DNA of 64,000 nucleotides from Eledone cirrhosa (taxonomy: Eukaryota). Made by a program: the position numbers and the translations under genes. The DNA is taken from positions 9,486,001-9,550,000 of the forward strand of contig OZ024745.1 of NCBI GenBank assembly GCA_964016885.1. The letters run 5' to 3'. Position 1 is the stretch's first letter. The number at the start of each line of letters is the position of its first letter. This document shows, piece after piece, positions 28,512 to 43,004 of this stretch. The notes beneath the pieces are model-generated. The model searched no databases. It saw only the letters and a list, made by a program, of their open reading frames with translations, and was not told where the DNA came from.

Positions 28512-29748
28512 CAAATGCAAAGTATGGGTGCATAAAAGATGTAGTGGGATCACAGGTAAGCTAACTAAGAACATAGATTTTACATGTGGCCGGTGCTCTG
28601 GTGCAATAAGTAGCAGCAAGTGCCCACAAAATACTAGCTCCTTCAACTGCGCAGAGGGTTCTATAGAAATAGTGGACAGCTTCCGTTACCTGGGTGACAA
28701 AATCAGCAGTGGGGGAGGGTGCTCTGAAAGTACAGTAGCTAGAGTCAGAACTGGATGGAAAAAGTTCAGAGAGCTTATACCACTATTAGCCGCTAGAGGG
28801 TTCTCCCTAAAAATGAAAGGCAGGTTATACGATGCCTGCATACGAACAGCAATGCTGCATGGCAGTGAGACCTGGGCATTGTGTGCAGAGGATATACGCA
28901 GACTAGAGAGGAACGAAGCTTGCATGCTCCGCTTGATGTGCAATAGTAATATACGTGAACGGCAAAGCATAAACGAACTAAGGAAAAAATTAGAAATAAG
29001 AGGGATCAGATGTTGTTTACTCGAGAGAAGGCTACGTTGGTACGGTCACGTGATGCGCATGAAAGACGACAGCTGTATAACAAAGTGCAGGGCAATAAAG
29101 ATAGACGGTAGCCACGGAGTAGGCAGACCCAGAAAAACATGGGACGAGCTGATAAATTCCGACCTCACACGCTTACACCTCTCCAAGACAATGTCACTGG
29201 ACCGAGACCTTTGGCGGTACTCAGCAATAGAGAAGACCCGCCTTACCTAAATACAAAGTAAAAACCTACTATAGTCAGTAGGCATCTCTATCAAAACACC
29301 CCCCCCGTCCCACCACCTCCATCCCATCCACACCGCCCCTTTCAATGTAAAGTTATGTTGGTCCCGCAACATCCAGGCCAAAACAAATGAGATCGTGTAG
29401 GTGTCACGACAAAAAAACACACAGTCCACGCTGTAAATGTGGCTGTGTAGGCAACACGGTAAAAACCTCCCAGCCCCACACTGTAAATGTGGTTGGTGTT
29501 AGGAAGGGCATCTAGCTGTAGAAAACCCGCCAGACAGTCCACGCTGTAATGTGGCCGTGTAGGCAACACGGTAAAAACCTCCCAGCCCCACACTGTAAGT
29601 GTGGTTGGTGTTAGGAAGGGCATCCAACTGTAGAAAACCCACCAGACAGTCCTATGCGAGCAAGACAACCACTCTTGCCTCAAGTGGGAAAACCCCCGTC
29701 CAAACCCATGCAAGCGTGGAACACGGACGCTAAACCTGATGATGATGA

Positions 29749-29750
<2 letters not shown>
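28512..29750 (+). mobile_element. 5'-truncated RTE LINE with a ~110-bp tandem duplication in the 3' UTR
   Basis: ORF 28528..29250 is nearly identical to the previous copy; begins and ends at (TA)n. Confidence 0.92.
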
Positions 29751-30090
<340 letters not shown>

Positions 30091-30221
30091 TTATGTAGGA
30101 GGTGAGTTTTATTGTAGTACAATAAAACAATGCAGATATCGGATAAGAAGCACTCTACAGTTTGTAGGACTGGAGTATACATAATATATAAGAACAAAAG
30201 ATGGTTAAAAGAGTTCCATGT

Positions 30222-30290
30222 ATTTTATTATGCGCATTTCAAAAACAAATATCATCATGCAGTAATATTTGTGTTTTCATCAGATAAAAC
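30222..30290 (-). ncRNA. Type I hammerhead ribozyme (family C)
   Basis: gttttat-CTGATGA-aaacacaaatatta..tgatatttgttttt-GAAA-tgcgc-ATA-ataaaat; palindromic stem III ATGCGCAT. Confidence 0.75.
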
Positions 30291-30752
30291 AGGAAGACAT
30301 GATATGAAGGTTAAAAAACACTTGTGGATAGTGCAGTTTTAAATCAACATATGAAAAGTAGTTTTAGATTGATGTGTGATATTGGGAAATATATTAAACC
30401 CATCAATATACAAACCTTAACTTTACATTATTTCTCTCTTCGTTAATTTTCAAATTCTTTTAATTTATACATTATCTTCCAACGGTTTTCAACCTCTCTA
30501 TGTAAAACAATATATCTTTCTCAGTTATAAAAACTATCTCCCTCTCTCTATCACCCATCTCTCCTCCTATCTCATCCTTCCTCATTATACTCCTCCCTCT
30601 CCTCCTCTCTTTCATCCTTTCCACCCCCCACCCACCCCTCAAAATAAAATATTTTTCCCAATATCACACATCAATCTAAAACTACTTTTCATATGTTGAT
30701 TTAAAACTGCACTATCCACAAGTGTTTTTTAACCTTCATATCATGTCTTCCT

Positions 30753-30821
30753 GTTTTATCTGATGAAAACACAAATATTACTGCATGATGATATTTGTTT
30801 TTGAAATACGCATAATAAAAT
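30753..30821 (+). ncRNA. Type I hammerhead ribozyme (family C, stem III variant ATACGCAT)
   Basis: Inverted copy of 30222-30290 with one substitution in the stem III palindrome. Confidence 0.65.
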
Positions 30822-30868
30822 ACATGGAACTCTTTTAACCATCTTTTGTTCTTATATATTATATATAC

Positions 30869-31742
<874 letters not shown>

Positions 31743-32010
31743 GCGGCGATGAATTAGTTTAGCGAGGTTTTTTATATGAAATCGTGTGTCGAAACAGATA
31801 TTGTTATATTTGGGGAGGGTCATATTTGCGTAATATTGCCAGAATTAATAACAGAACACACTCACTGTTTGGTTGGTTTTCGCTTCTCGCTGTCTTTTAT
31901 ATATATATATCTGCGATCTGGCTTACTCGGTCCTCAATGTTGCCATTGACTGACCGGCGGTCAAAAATAGTACAGATACAATATAGACAAACACATATAT
32001 ATATAGTTTA

Positions 32011-32048
32011 CATAAATCTTTCGTTGCACATCTGCAACATCGTCAGTG
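32011..32048 (-). ncRNA. Minimal hammerhead ribozyme in the PLE1 3' region
   Basis: ca-CTGACGA-T-gttgca gatg tgcaac-GAAA-gat-TTA-tg; perfect stem II but very short stem I. Confidence 0.6.
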
Positions 32049-32319
32049 GTGTTATATTCATTGTTCCTCCTGTTGTGTTGTATGTCTACGCCATTTTTTT
32101 TTTTTTTTTGTTCAGTCTGTCTATATATTTATTTATTTATTTGCTTGTTTGTTTATCTTATTTTATTTTGTCTTCTTTGCGCATGCGTTTGCGTGTGTGT
32201 ATAGTGTTATGTGTGACTAGTGTGTATAGTGTTGTGTCTGCTGGGTGACTAGTGTGTGTTTATGTGCTTGTGTATGTATTTATTTATCTCATTTTATTTA
32301 ATTTAATTTACTTATTTAT

Positions 32320-34634
32320 TTATACTTCTCTTAGGTCAGTGTTGTTTGTTTGGGTGTTGTTGTTGTTCCACTCATTCTTTCTGTTTAGCTTTGGTCTTCT
32401 AATTTCTATTTCACTGGCCTCTCTGATTTGCCTATCTGCTGGGTCATTCCTATGTTTAGATATTATTCTAATTTCTATGTTGTCTATGTTACCGTCATGA
32501 TGTTGTCTAGCATGTTCGTATAGTACTGACCCGTTTTTTCGTCCTTTTAGTTCCCCCCAGTGTTGGTCTATCCTTTCACCTATGCTACGAGCTGTCTCAC
32601 CTATGTATGTTGTTGTCGTGTTTCTGCAAGTACCCTCTGTACATCTTATGCTATAGACTACGTTTCTAGTTTTACAGTTTATCCGGGGGTTCACCTTACA
32701 TATGATACATTTCCTATTGGTACAGTGGGTTTTCTTAAAAGGGTAGGTTTTGCTGATCAGGGATTTTATGGTGGTTCCTGGCTTTTCTACCACCTTTATT
32801 TTTAAGTGGGTCTTTCTCAGGGCCTTTCTACACTGGTTAGCTAATTTCCCTCCAGGGGTGGCGTCCACAAACATGACACTCTGATATCTCTGGTTGTCGT
32901 ACCATGATGTGGCCTTCCCTATCTTATGTCTAGCCCTATCTAAGCTATTCCATGATTTGCTCCTGTATAGTGGGCAAATTCCTTTCATGTCCAGTTCTAT
33001 GAGGGTCTTATACTTTTCCATGGCTCCTTCGTATACTCTGACTCTGTCTCTTTGGTTGTAGCCAGAGAACTGCATGCGGTTGATGAAGTGTTGGATGTGT
33101 CCTTCCATTTCTGTTGGGTCGCACATGCTGGACACATTCTTCATCACTCGTACCAAATCTGCGATCAGAATATTAAACTTAGCACTACTGGACATTGCTG
33201 AGTTTTTGAGTATCAGGTATTTGGAGGCCATGGGTTTAGCATAGTGTGAGTGGAGAATTTGGGCTCTCTCGTCTATAGTGTTAATCCAGAGTTCTGTGTC
33301 TAATACAGGTAGTCTATTGTTAGGGTGTTTGGAAGGGAAGTCTATAGTTACAGTTATACTCTGGTGTATGGAATTAGCTATCTGCTGGATGCTTTCCATC
33401 GTGCTACGTTCTAAATCAAACTTGTTAGTGCTCTCTAGTGGGGGTGTTCTTATAACTATATTGATATCGTCTACATAACGAGAGTACATGATGAGGTCTA
33501 TGGAGCTTTCATTAAGGAGATCTTTAAGTCTCCTTTCCCACCATACCATGAAAAGGTTGGCAACATCGCCAGCTATGCTGACGCCGATGGCTGCTCCCTC
33601 ATTTTGGGTGTAGATTTTCTCATTGAACTTAAATATGTGGCCCTTTAGGGTAGTTTTGATACTAGCCCCTATTGCATGTGCGACCATTTTTCTTACCTGA
33701 TCAGTGTTTTGGGGGGTCCGTATAGCTTTGGTCCACCCAATCCACCTTCCTATGGGAGTCTTTTTAGCCATTGAGGTTATGGTGGGGGGTCTACCTCTTA
33801 TAGGTCTACTAGGGCAGAAACATCTAAGGTCATGGCTGTCTAGGTAGTCAGTGTCGTAGGTAAGTCTAAGTAGGAGGCCCAGTTCGTCTGTGTCGACATC
33901 GCAGAACTCCACCTCACTCTCAATGATCATCTCCACACATCTTTTCACAGCAAAATCAATGTTAATGGATGGGTACAGTGACACCACATCCATGCTGCCT
34001 ATTATGCAGTTGGATAGGCTCCTGTTTTTGTTGCACTCACTGATTCTGCTGAGGAGGTCCTCTGTACTTTCACATACATCTGGGGACATCTTGATTATGG
34101 GGCGTATAACCATTGAGAGGAAGTAGGAGATCCTGTAGTTGCTAGCTATATTAGCTCCGCATACAGGTCTTGTTGGTGGTCCTATTGTCGGGTCGTCGAC
34201 TGTCTTGTGGTCTTTGCGGAGCCCATACAAGGGTGGTATGCCATTGTTAGACGCCTGGAAGTTGTTGGCAGTGCGTCTGCTTGGCTTTAGGATGTCAGTC
34301 CACATCATCATGTGAGCGTTGAGGATTTTTTCTCTCCCATCGTGTGTTAGTTGTGCAACTTCGCTCGTGTTGGTGATGTGGGGTTGCATTGCCTCGATGT
34401 AGTTCGGCATGCTATCTATTGACATCCTACCAGACTTATCTGTGGGTAGACACACTACCTCACCATCCCTTGTGCGCTGCTTGAGGCTAACCAAGCCTTC
34501 TACAGGTTTTATCCCAAGTTGTTGGGCCTCTGGTCTGCTCTGTCTCATAGTGTACCTGTCTACTACTTGTCTAATCTTATTTCTAGCTATGGTGAACTGT
34601 GCCTCCGTCTCGTCATCTATTTGTTGTGGTATGC
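32320..34634 (-). CDS. PLE1 reverse transcriptase + GIY-YIG endonuclease (N-terminally truncated, otherwise uninterrupted)
   Basis: GLRKDHK, RPVC, SMDVVSLYPSI, QNEGAAIG, RYVDD, LPVLD; CxxxxCxxC linker; NVVYSIRC...YIGETARS. Confidence 0.92.
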
Positions 34635-36024
34635 AAACACTGATCAGGTAAGAAAAATGGTCGCACATGCAATAGGGGCTAGTATCAAAACTACCCTAAA
34701 GGGCCACATATTTAAGTTCAATGAGAAAATCTACACCCAAAATGAGGGAGCAGCCATCGGCGTCAGCATAGCTGGCGATGTTGCCAACCTTTTCATGGTA
34801 TGGTGGGAAAGGAGACTTAAAGATCTCCTTAATGAAAGCTCCATAGACCTCATCATGTACTCTCGTTATGTAGACGATATCAATATAGTTATAAGAACAC
34901 CCCCACTAGAGAGCACTAACAAGTTTGATTTAGAACGTAGCACGATGGAAAGCATCCAGCAGATAGCTAATTCCATACACCAGAGTATAACTGTAACTAT
35001 AGACTTCCCTTCCAAACACCCTAACAATAGACTACCTGTATTAGACACAGAACTCTGGATTAACACTATAGACGAGAGAGCCCAAATTCTCCACTCACAC
35101 TATGCTAAACCCATGGCCTCCAAATACCTGATACTCAAAAACTCAGCAATGTCCAGTAGTGCTAAGTTTAATATTCTGATCGCAGATTTGGTACGAGTGA
35201 TGAAGAATGTGTCCAGCATGTGCGACCCAACAGAAATGGAAGGACACATCCAACACTTCATCAACCGCATGCAGTTCTCTGGCTACAACCAAAGAGACAG
35301 AGTCAGAGTATACGAAGGAGCCATGGAAAAGTATAAGACCCTCATAGAACTGGACATGAAAGGAATTTGCCCACTATACAGGAGCAAATCATGGAATAGC
35401 TTAGATAGGGCTAGACATAAGATAGGGAAGGCCACATCATGGTACGACAACCAGAGATATCAGAGTGTCATGTTTGTGGACGCCACCCCTGGAGGGAAAT
35501 TAGCTAACCAGTGTAGAAAGGCCCTGAGAAAGACCCACTTAAAAATAAAGGTGGTAGAAAAGCCAGGAACCACCATAAAATCCCTGATCAGCAAAACCTA
35601 CCCTTTTAAGAAAACCCACTGTACCAATAGGAAATGTATCATATGTAAGGTGAACCCCCGGATAAACTGTAAAACTAGAAACGTAGTCTATAGCATAAGA
35701 TGTACAGAGGGTACTTGCAGAAACACGACAACAACATACATAGGTGAGACAGCTCGTAGCATAGGTGAAAGGATAGACCAACACTGGGGGGAACTAAAAG
35801 GACGAAAAAACGGGTCAGTACTATACGAACATGCTAGACAACATCATGACGGTAACATAGACAACATAGAAATTAGAATAATATCTAAACATAGGAATGA
35901 CCCAGCAGATAGGCAAATCAGAGAGGCCAGTGAAATAGAAATTAGAAGACCAAAGCTAAACAGAAAGAATGAGTGGAACAACAACAACACCCAAACAAAC
36001 AACACTGACCTAAGAGAAGTATAA
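34635..36024 (+). CDS. PLE1 inverted partial copy (RT C-terminal half + GIY-YIG)
   Basis: Protein identical to the minus copy from NTDQVRKMVAH onward. Confidence 0.85.
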
Positions 36025-36300
36025 ATAAATAAGTAAATTAAATTAAATAAAATGAGATAAATAAATACATACACAAGCACATAAACACACACTAGTCACC
36101 CAGCAGACACAACACTATACACACTAGTCACACATAACACTATACACACACGCAAACGCATGCGCAAAGAAGACAAAATAAAATAAGATAAACAAACAAG
36201 CAAATAAATAAATAAATATATAGACAGACTGAACAAAAAAAAAAAAAAAAAAAAATGGCGTAGACATACAACACAACAGGAGGAACAATGAATATAACAC

Positions 36301-36338
36301 CACTGACGATGTTGCAGATGTGCAACGAAAGATTTATG
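36301..36338 (+). ncRNA. Minimal hammerhead ribozyme in the PLE1 inverted copy
   Basis: Identical to 32011-32048. Confidence 0.6.
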
Positions 36339-36543
36339 TAAACTATATATATATGTGTTTGTCTATATTGTATCTGTACTATTTTTGACCGCCGGTCAGT
36401 CAATGGCAACATTGAGGACCGAGTAAGCCAGATCGCAGATATATATATATAAAAGACAGCGAGAAGCGAAAACCAACCAAACAGTGAGTGTGTTCTGTTA
36501 TTAATTCTGGCAATATTACGCAAATATGACCCTCCCCAAATAT

Positions 36544-36660
<117 letters not shown>

Positions 36661-36675
36661 CATATATATATGTAT

Positions 36676-37020
36676 TGGAGGCACATGGCTTAGTGGTTAG
36701 GGCATTGGCCTTGCAATCAAAAGGTTGTGAGTTCAATTCTCAGACCGGGTGATGTGTTGTTTCCTTGAGCAAGACACTTTATTTCACATTGCTCCAGTTT
36801 TCTCAGATGTAGAAATGAGATGATAGGGACTAGGGTCCATATCATTCCACTGCAAAGTGGTCATGGAGGTGCCATGGCAAAAAAGCACCCAGCACTCACT
36901 GTAAATGAGGTTGGTGTTAGGAAGGGCATCCAGCTGTAGAAATCAAGCCAAAATCAGTTCCCGTCCCACCCTTGCAAGCAGGGAAAAAGTGGACGTAAAA
37001 TGAAATGATGATGATGATGA
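36676..37020 (+). mobile_element. tRNA-derived SINE with an RTE-derived 3' tail
   Basis: A box TGGCTTAGTGG and B box GAGTTCAATTC; 3' half matches the RTE 3' UTR; (GAT)n tail; sits in (TA)n. Confidence 0.8.
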
Positions 37021-37031
37021 TATATATATAC

Positions 37032-37342
<311 letters not shown>

Positions 37343-37750
37343 CAATATTAAATAAATGGAAAACTATATTTATAAAACCATATTTATTTCATTATATATA
37401 TTTCGGGGATATCATATTAACAATATGCTATGCCTTCATCAGACAAAATACAATATAAACAGTTTTATAGATAAATATATTCGACATACCGTAATGAACA
37501 TCAACTTCATTTGAAGAGGTTCACTCTAGCAGTGAAAACACAGGGAGAAAGAAAGAGAGAGAGAGATGAAGGCATAGCATATTGTTAATATGATATCCCC
37601 GAAATATATATAATGAAATAAATATGGTTTTATAAATATAGTTTTCCATTTATTTAATATTGTAAATATACTCCAAGTATTTGTCGAGTGCTTTTATATC
37701 AGTTATAAATATTTACTAGTTGTAACCCAACAATTTTAAATATAACTTTA
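37343..37750. mobile_element. Non-autonomous foldback element (family B, also at 25573)
   Basis: Arms 37343-37440 and 37565-37663; ~85-bp tail on the right; (TA)n flanks. Confidence 0.75.
37386..37449 (-). ncRNA. Type I hammerhead ribozyme (family B)
   Basis: Same sequence as 25617-25680. Confidence 0.75.
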
Positions 37751-37751
37751 C

Positions 37752-38217
<466 letters not shown>

Positions 38218-38429
38218 CGTTTCTGAATTTGTTTAGCAAGATTCTTTATCTGAAATCGTGTGTTGAAACCGATATTGTTATACTTTGGGAGGGTCATGTT
38301 GCCAATAAGAAACACACGCACCAGTTGCTTTCACTTCAATTTATTATATATTTATAAATTTACAAATCTACAAACTTATAAATTTCTGGTTGGTTGGTTG
38401 GTTCCACAACCAGATAGTTGTTTATATAT

Positions 38430-38474
38430 AGTCATAGTCCTTTCGTCACACACTCTGTGACCTCTTCAGTGACT
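38430..38474 (-). ncRNA. Type I hammerhead ribozyme of PLE2
   Basis: agtca-CTGAAGA-G-gtcaca gagtg tgtgac-GAAA-gga-CTA-tgact; perfect stems I and II. Confidence 0.85.
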
Positions 38475-38692
38475 GGGGATTCCTTTCTTTGTTTCTGTGC
38501 CTTTCCTTTCTTCTGTCCTACGCCATTTTGTTTCTGTGTGTGTGTTGTGTGCTCAGTTTGCGCATGCGCCACATCCGGGTGTCTGTGTGTGTTTGTGTTC
38601 ATTTATATATTTGTTTATTTATTTATTTATTTATTTATTTACATGTTGTTGGTTGGTTGTTTGTTCTGTGTGTGTGTGTTTTCATTTTGTCC

Positions 38693-39667
38693 TTAATTGT
38701 AAGTTGTGATGTTGCTGTTCCACTCATATTTTCTATTTAATTTTGGTTGTAATTCTTTTATGCTTACTGCCTCTGTAATTTGCCTAAACATTGCATCTTT
38801 TCTGTGTGTGGATTCTATTTTTATTTCTATGTTCTCTAATTTACCCTTGTGCTCTATCTTAGCATGTTGGTAGAGCACAGATGATTCTTTATTATCTTGA
38901 AGGTCTCGCCAGTGTTCATTTATTCGTTCCCCTATACTACGAGCTGTCTCACCTATGTACACTATATTTTTGTTTCTACATTGTCCTTCAGTACATCTTA
39001 TGCTATACACTACATTTCTAGTTTTACAGTTAATATGGGGGCTTATTTTACAGGTTATACATTTCTTATCTATACATGAGGGTCTTTGGAACGGGTATGT
39101 CTTGCTAATAAGTGTTTTTACGGAGGTACCTGGTCTTTCTACTATCTTAATATTGAGTTTATGTTTATTTAGGGCCCTTCTAAATTTGTAGACTAGTTCG
39201 CCTCTAGGGGTTGTATTGATGAACATTACACTCTGGTATTTATTGCTATCATACCATGAGTTTATTCTATTGGCCTTGTTCCTAGTTCTTTCTATTCTAT
39301 TCCAAAATTTCCTCCTATACAAGGGGCAGGTCCCATTTATGTCATTATTTACCATTTTTTCCCATTTGGTTCTGGCTCCTCTATACACTCTGATTCTATC
39401 TCTCTGAGTGTAGCCAGAGAACTGCTTACGGTGGATGAAATGTTGTATGTGTCTCTCTAGTTCTTCGGGGTTGCACATGCGGGACACATTTCTCATCACC
39501 TGTACCAAATCCGCAATCAGTATGTTGATTTTGGTATGATCCGAAATGGCCGAGTTTCGGTGGATCAGATGTTTGGAAGTCATGGGTTTGGCATAATGGG
39601 AATGGAGGATTTGTTTTTGGTTGTTAATGGTATCTAACCAGAGCTCTGTGTCTAGTACAGGTAATCG
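38693..39667 (-). CDS. PLE2 RT thumb + GIY-YIG endonuclease (5'-truncated)
   Basis: RLPVLDTELW, HYAKPM, CIDKKCITC, NVVYSIRC...YIGETARS. Confidence 0.88.
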   Translation of the reverse strand, partial: RLPVLDTELWLDTINNQKQILHSHYAKPMTSKHLIHRNSAISDHTKINILIADLVQVMRNVSRMCNPEELERHIQHFIHRKQFSGYTQRDRIRVYRGARTKWEKMVNNDINGTCPLYRRKFWNRIERTRNKANRINSWYDSNKYQSVMFINTTPRGELVYKFRRALNKHKLNIKIVERPGTSVKTLISKTYPFQRPSCIDKKCITCKISPHINCKTRNVVYSIRCTEGQCRNKNIVYIGETARSIGERINEHWRDLQDNKESSVLYQHAKIEHKGKLENIEIKIESTHRKDAMFRQITEAVSIKELQPKLNRKYEWNSNITTYN

Positions 39668-39691
39668 AAAGAAACAAAGAAAGGAATCCCC

Positions 39692-39736
39692 AGTCACTGA
39701 AGAGGTCACAGAGTGTGTGACGAAAGGACTATGACT
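39692..39736 (+). ncRNA. Type I hammerhead ribozyme of PLE2 (inverted copy)
   Basis: Identical to 38430-38474. Confidence 0.85.
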
Positions 39737-39898
39737 ATATATAAACAACTATCTGGTTGTGGAACCAACCAACCAACCAGAAAGTTATAAGTTTGTAGAT
39801 TTGTAAATTTATAAATTTATAAATATATAATAAATTGAAGTGAAAGCAACTGGTGCGTGTGTTTCTTATTGGCAACAGGACCCTCCCAAAGTATAACA

Positions 39899-39931
<33 letters not shown>

Positions 39932-41926
39932 AGCTAGACGTCAGGTGTACTTAGCACGCAGGGAGGCAGAGAGTAGGAGGTTTGCCAATGTTCTGCGACG
40001 GGAAGATCAGAGGCGTGCGGTGTTCCACATTGCAAGGCAGTGTGTCAATGCAAATCAGGATGTTGTTAGAGATAAATGTGTCCGGGATGATGCCGGTGTA
40101 CTTAGTGTCACGAATGATCAGGAAAAGGAGGCCTGGAAATGTCATTATGAGAGACTGATGAATGTGGAGAACAAATGGGAGAGAGAGAAATTACCCTTGG
40201 TAGATCCGACAGAGGGACCTGCTATTGAGATTGACGAATATAGGGTCCAAGAGGCGATTAGGGAAATGAAAAATGGTAAGGCTGCTGAACCATCGGGAAT
40301 AGTTGCTGAGATGCTGAAGGCATCGGGGGACGTAGGCACTAAACTGGTTGCACGCATCATCAATCAGGCTATATATGGTGGTGTCATACCCAAAGACTGG
40401 TGCAGCAGTATTCTCATAAATTGCTACAAAGGTAAAGGGGATGCTCTGGAGAGGAGCAATTATAGGGGTATAAAACTGATAGATCAGGTTATGAAAGTGG
40501 CAGAAAGGATTTTAGCACAACTAATTAGAGAAAGGGTCAAACTAGATGAGATGCAGTTTGGTTTTGTGCCTGGGAAGAGTACAACAGATGCCCTCTTCTT
40601 GGTGAGACAATTGCAAGAGAGGTTCTTAGAGAAGAATAAGCCACTATACTTAGCTTTTGTTGACCTAGAGAAGGCCTTTGATAGGGTACCCCGATCTGTC
40701 ATCTGGTGGTCCCCAAGGAAGCTAGGTGTTGAGGAATGGCTTGTGAGGACAGTGCAAACTTTGTACAGAGGTACTCTCAGTAAAGTCAGGGTAGGAATGG
40801 AGTTTAGTGAGGAATTCCAGATACAAGTAGGAGTACATCAGGGTTCGGTCCTCAGCCCGCTCTTGTTCATTATAGTCCTTCAAGCCATAACAGAAGAGTT
40901 TAAGACTGGCTGTCCATGGGAACTTCTCTATGCTGACGATCTGGTTCTTATAGCAGAATCAGTAGAGGGGCTAGAGAATAAATTCTGGCTATGGAAACAG
41001 CAGTTGGAAGCAAGAGGACTGAGAGTGAATCTAGCTAAGACAAAAGTGTTGATGAGTAGAAAAGAGGACAAAACCCTGATTCCGTCAGGGAAATGGCCAT
41101 GTTCGATATGCAGAAAAGGAACTGGCATAAATTCTATAAAATGCACACAATGCAGATCCTGGGTACACAAGAGATGTAGCGGGATAGCAGGCAAACTAAC
41201 AGGTAGGGAGAAATATGTATGCAGTAGATGTACAGGGAAATTAGACAGTAGAAGTCGCATTGATAGACACATTTTTCAGATGCAGGAGGGCGCTATAGAA
41301 GTGGTGGATAGCTTCTGGTACCTAGGAGATCAGATTAGCATGGGAGGAGGGTGTTCCGAGGCTATAGTATCTAGAATAAGGACGGGTTGGAAGAAGTTTA
41401 GGGAGCTGCTTCCTCTGTTGACGAAGAAGGGTTTCTCCCTGCGTACGAAAGGCCGGTTGTATGATGCCTGTGTGAGGAGCGTGATGCTGCATGGTAGTGA
41501 GACATGGGCAGCAACTGCAGAGGATATGCAACGGCTGGAGAGAAATGAGGCAAGCATGCTCCGTTGGATGTGCAGTGTAAATGTGCGTGAACGACCCAGC
41601 ATAAATGTGTTGAGAGAGAAACTGTGTCTGAGAGGGATAGAATGTAGTGTACGAGAGAGGAGACTGAGGTGATATGGACATGTGATGCGCATGGAGGATG
41701 ACCGATGGGTGAAGAAGTGCCAGGAAATGCCAGTTGAAGGAAGACGTGGTAGAGGTAGACCACGAAAAACATGGGCGGAGGTGGTGAGAACAGACCTCAG
41801 ATCATTGAAGCTCACGGTGGAGATGACGAAGGACCGTGACGAGTGGAGAGATGCTGTGCTGAATAAGACCCGTCCCACCCTTGCAAGCAGGGAAAAGCGG
41901 ACGTAAAATGATGATGATGATGATGA
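39932..41926 (+). mobile_element. 5'-truncated RTE LINE (divergent subfamily)
   Basis: ORF 39945..41672 with full RT motifs and PHD-like finger; a TGG>TGA stop precedes the 41682..41906 continuation; (GAT)n tail. Confidence 0.93.

Positions 41927-43004
<1,078 letters not shown>

Larger units (their letters stand above)
30091..30868. mobile_element. Non-autonomous PLE-like foldback element (family C) with HHR in both arms
   Basis: Arms ~30175-30389 and 30654-30868; CT-rich spacer; ~85-bp tail; (TA)n on both sides. Confidence 0.75.

Noticed and set aside
34519-34668. Apparent start codons and N-termini of the 782-aa and 501-aa PLE ORFs
   Set aside because: They come from reading across the inversion junction at ~34635, so they are not real N-termini
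36676-36750. tRNA gene
   Set aside because: Has A/B boxes but no complete cloverleaf and continues into a SINE body; multiple diverged copies
39668-39748. N-terminus MFIYSHSPF of ORF 38693..39748
   Set aside because: Antisense read of the inverted HHR-containing arm
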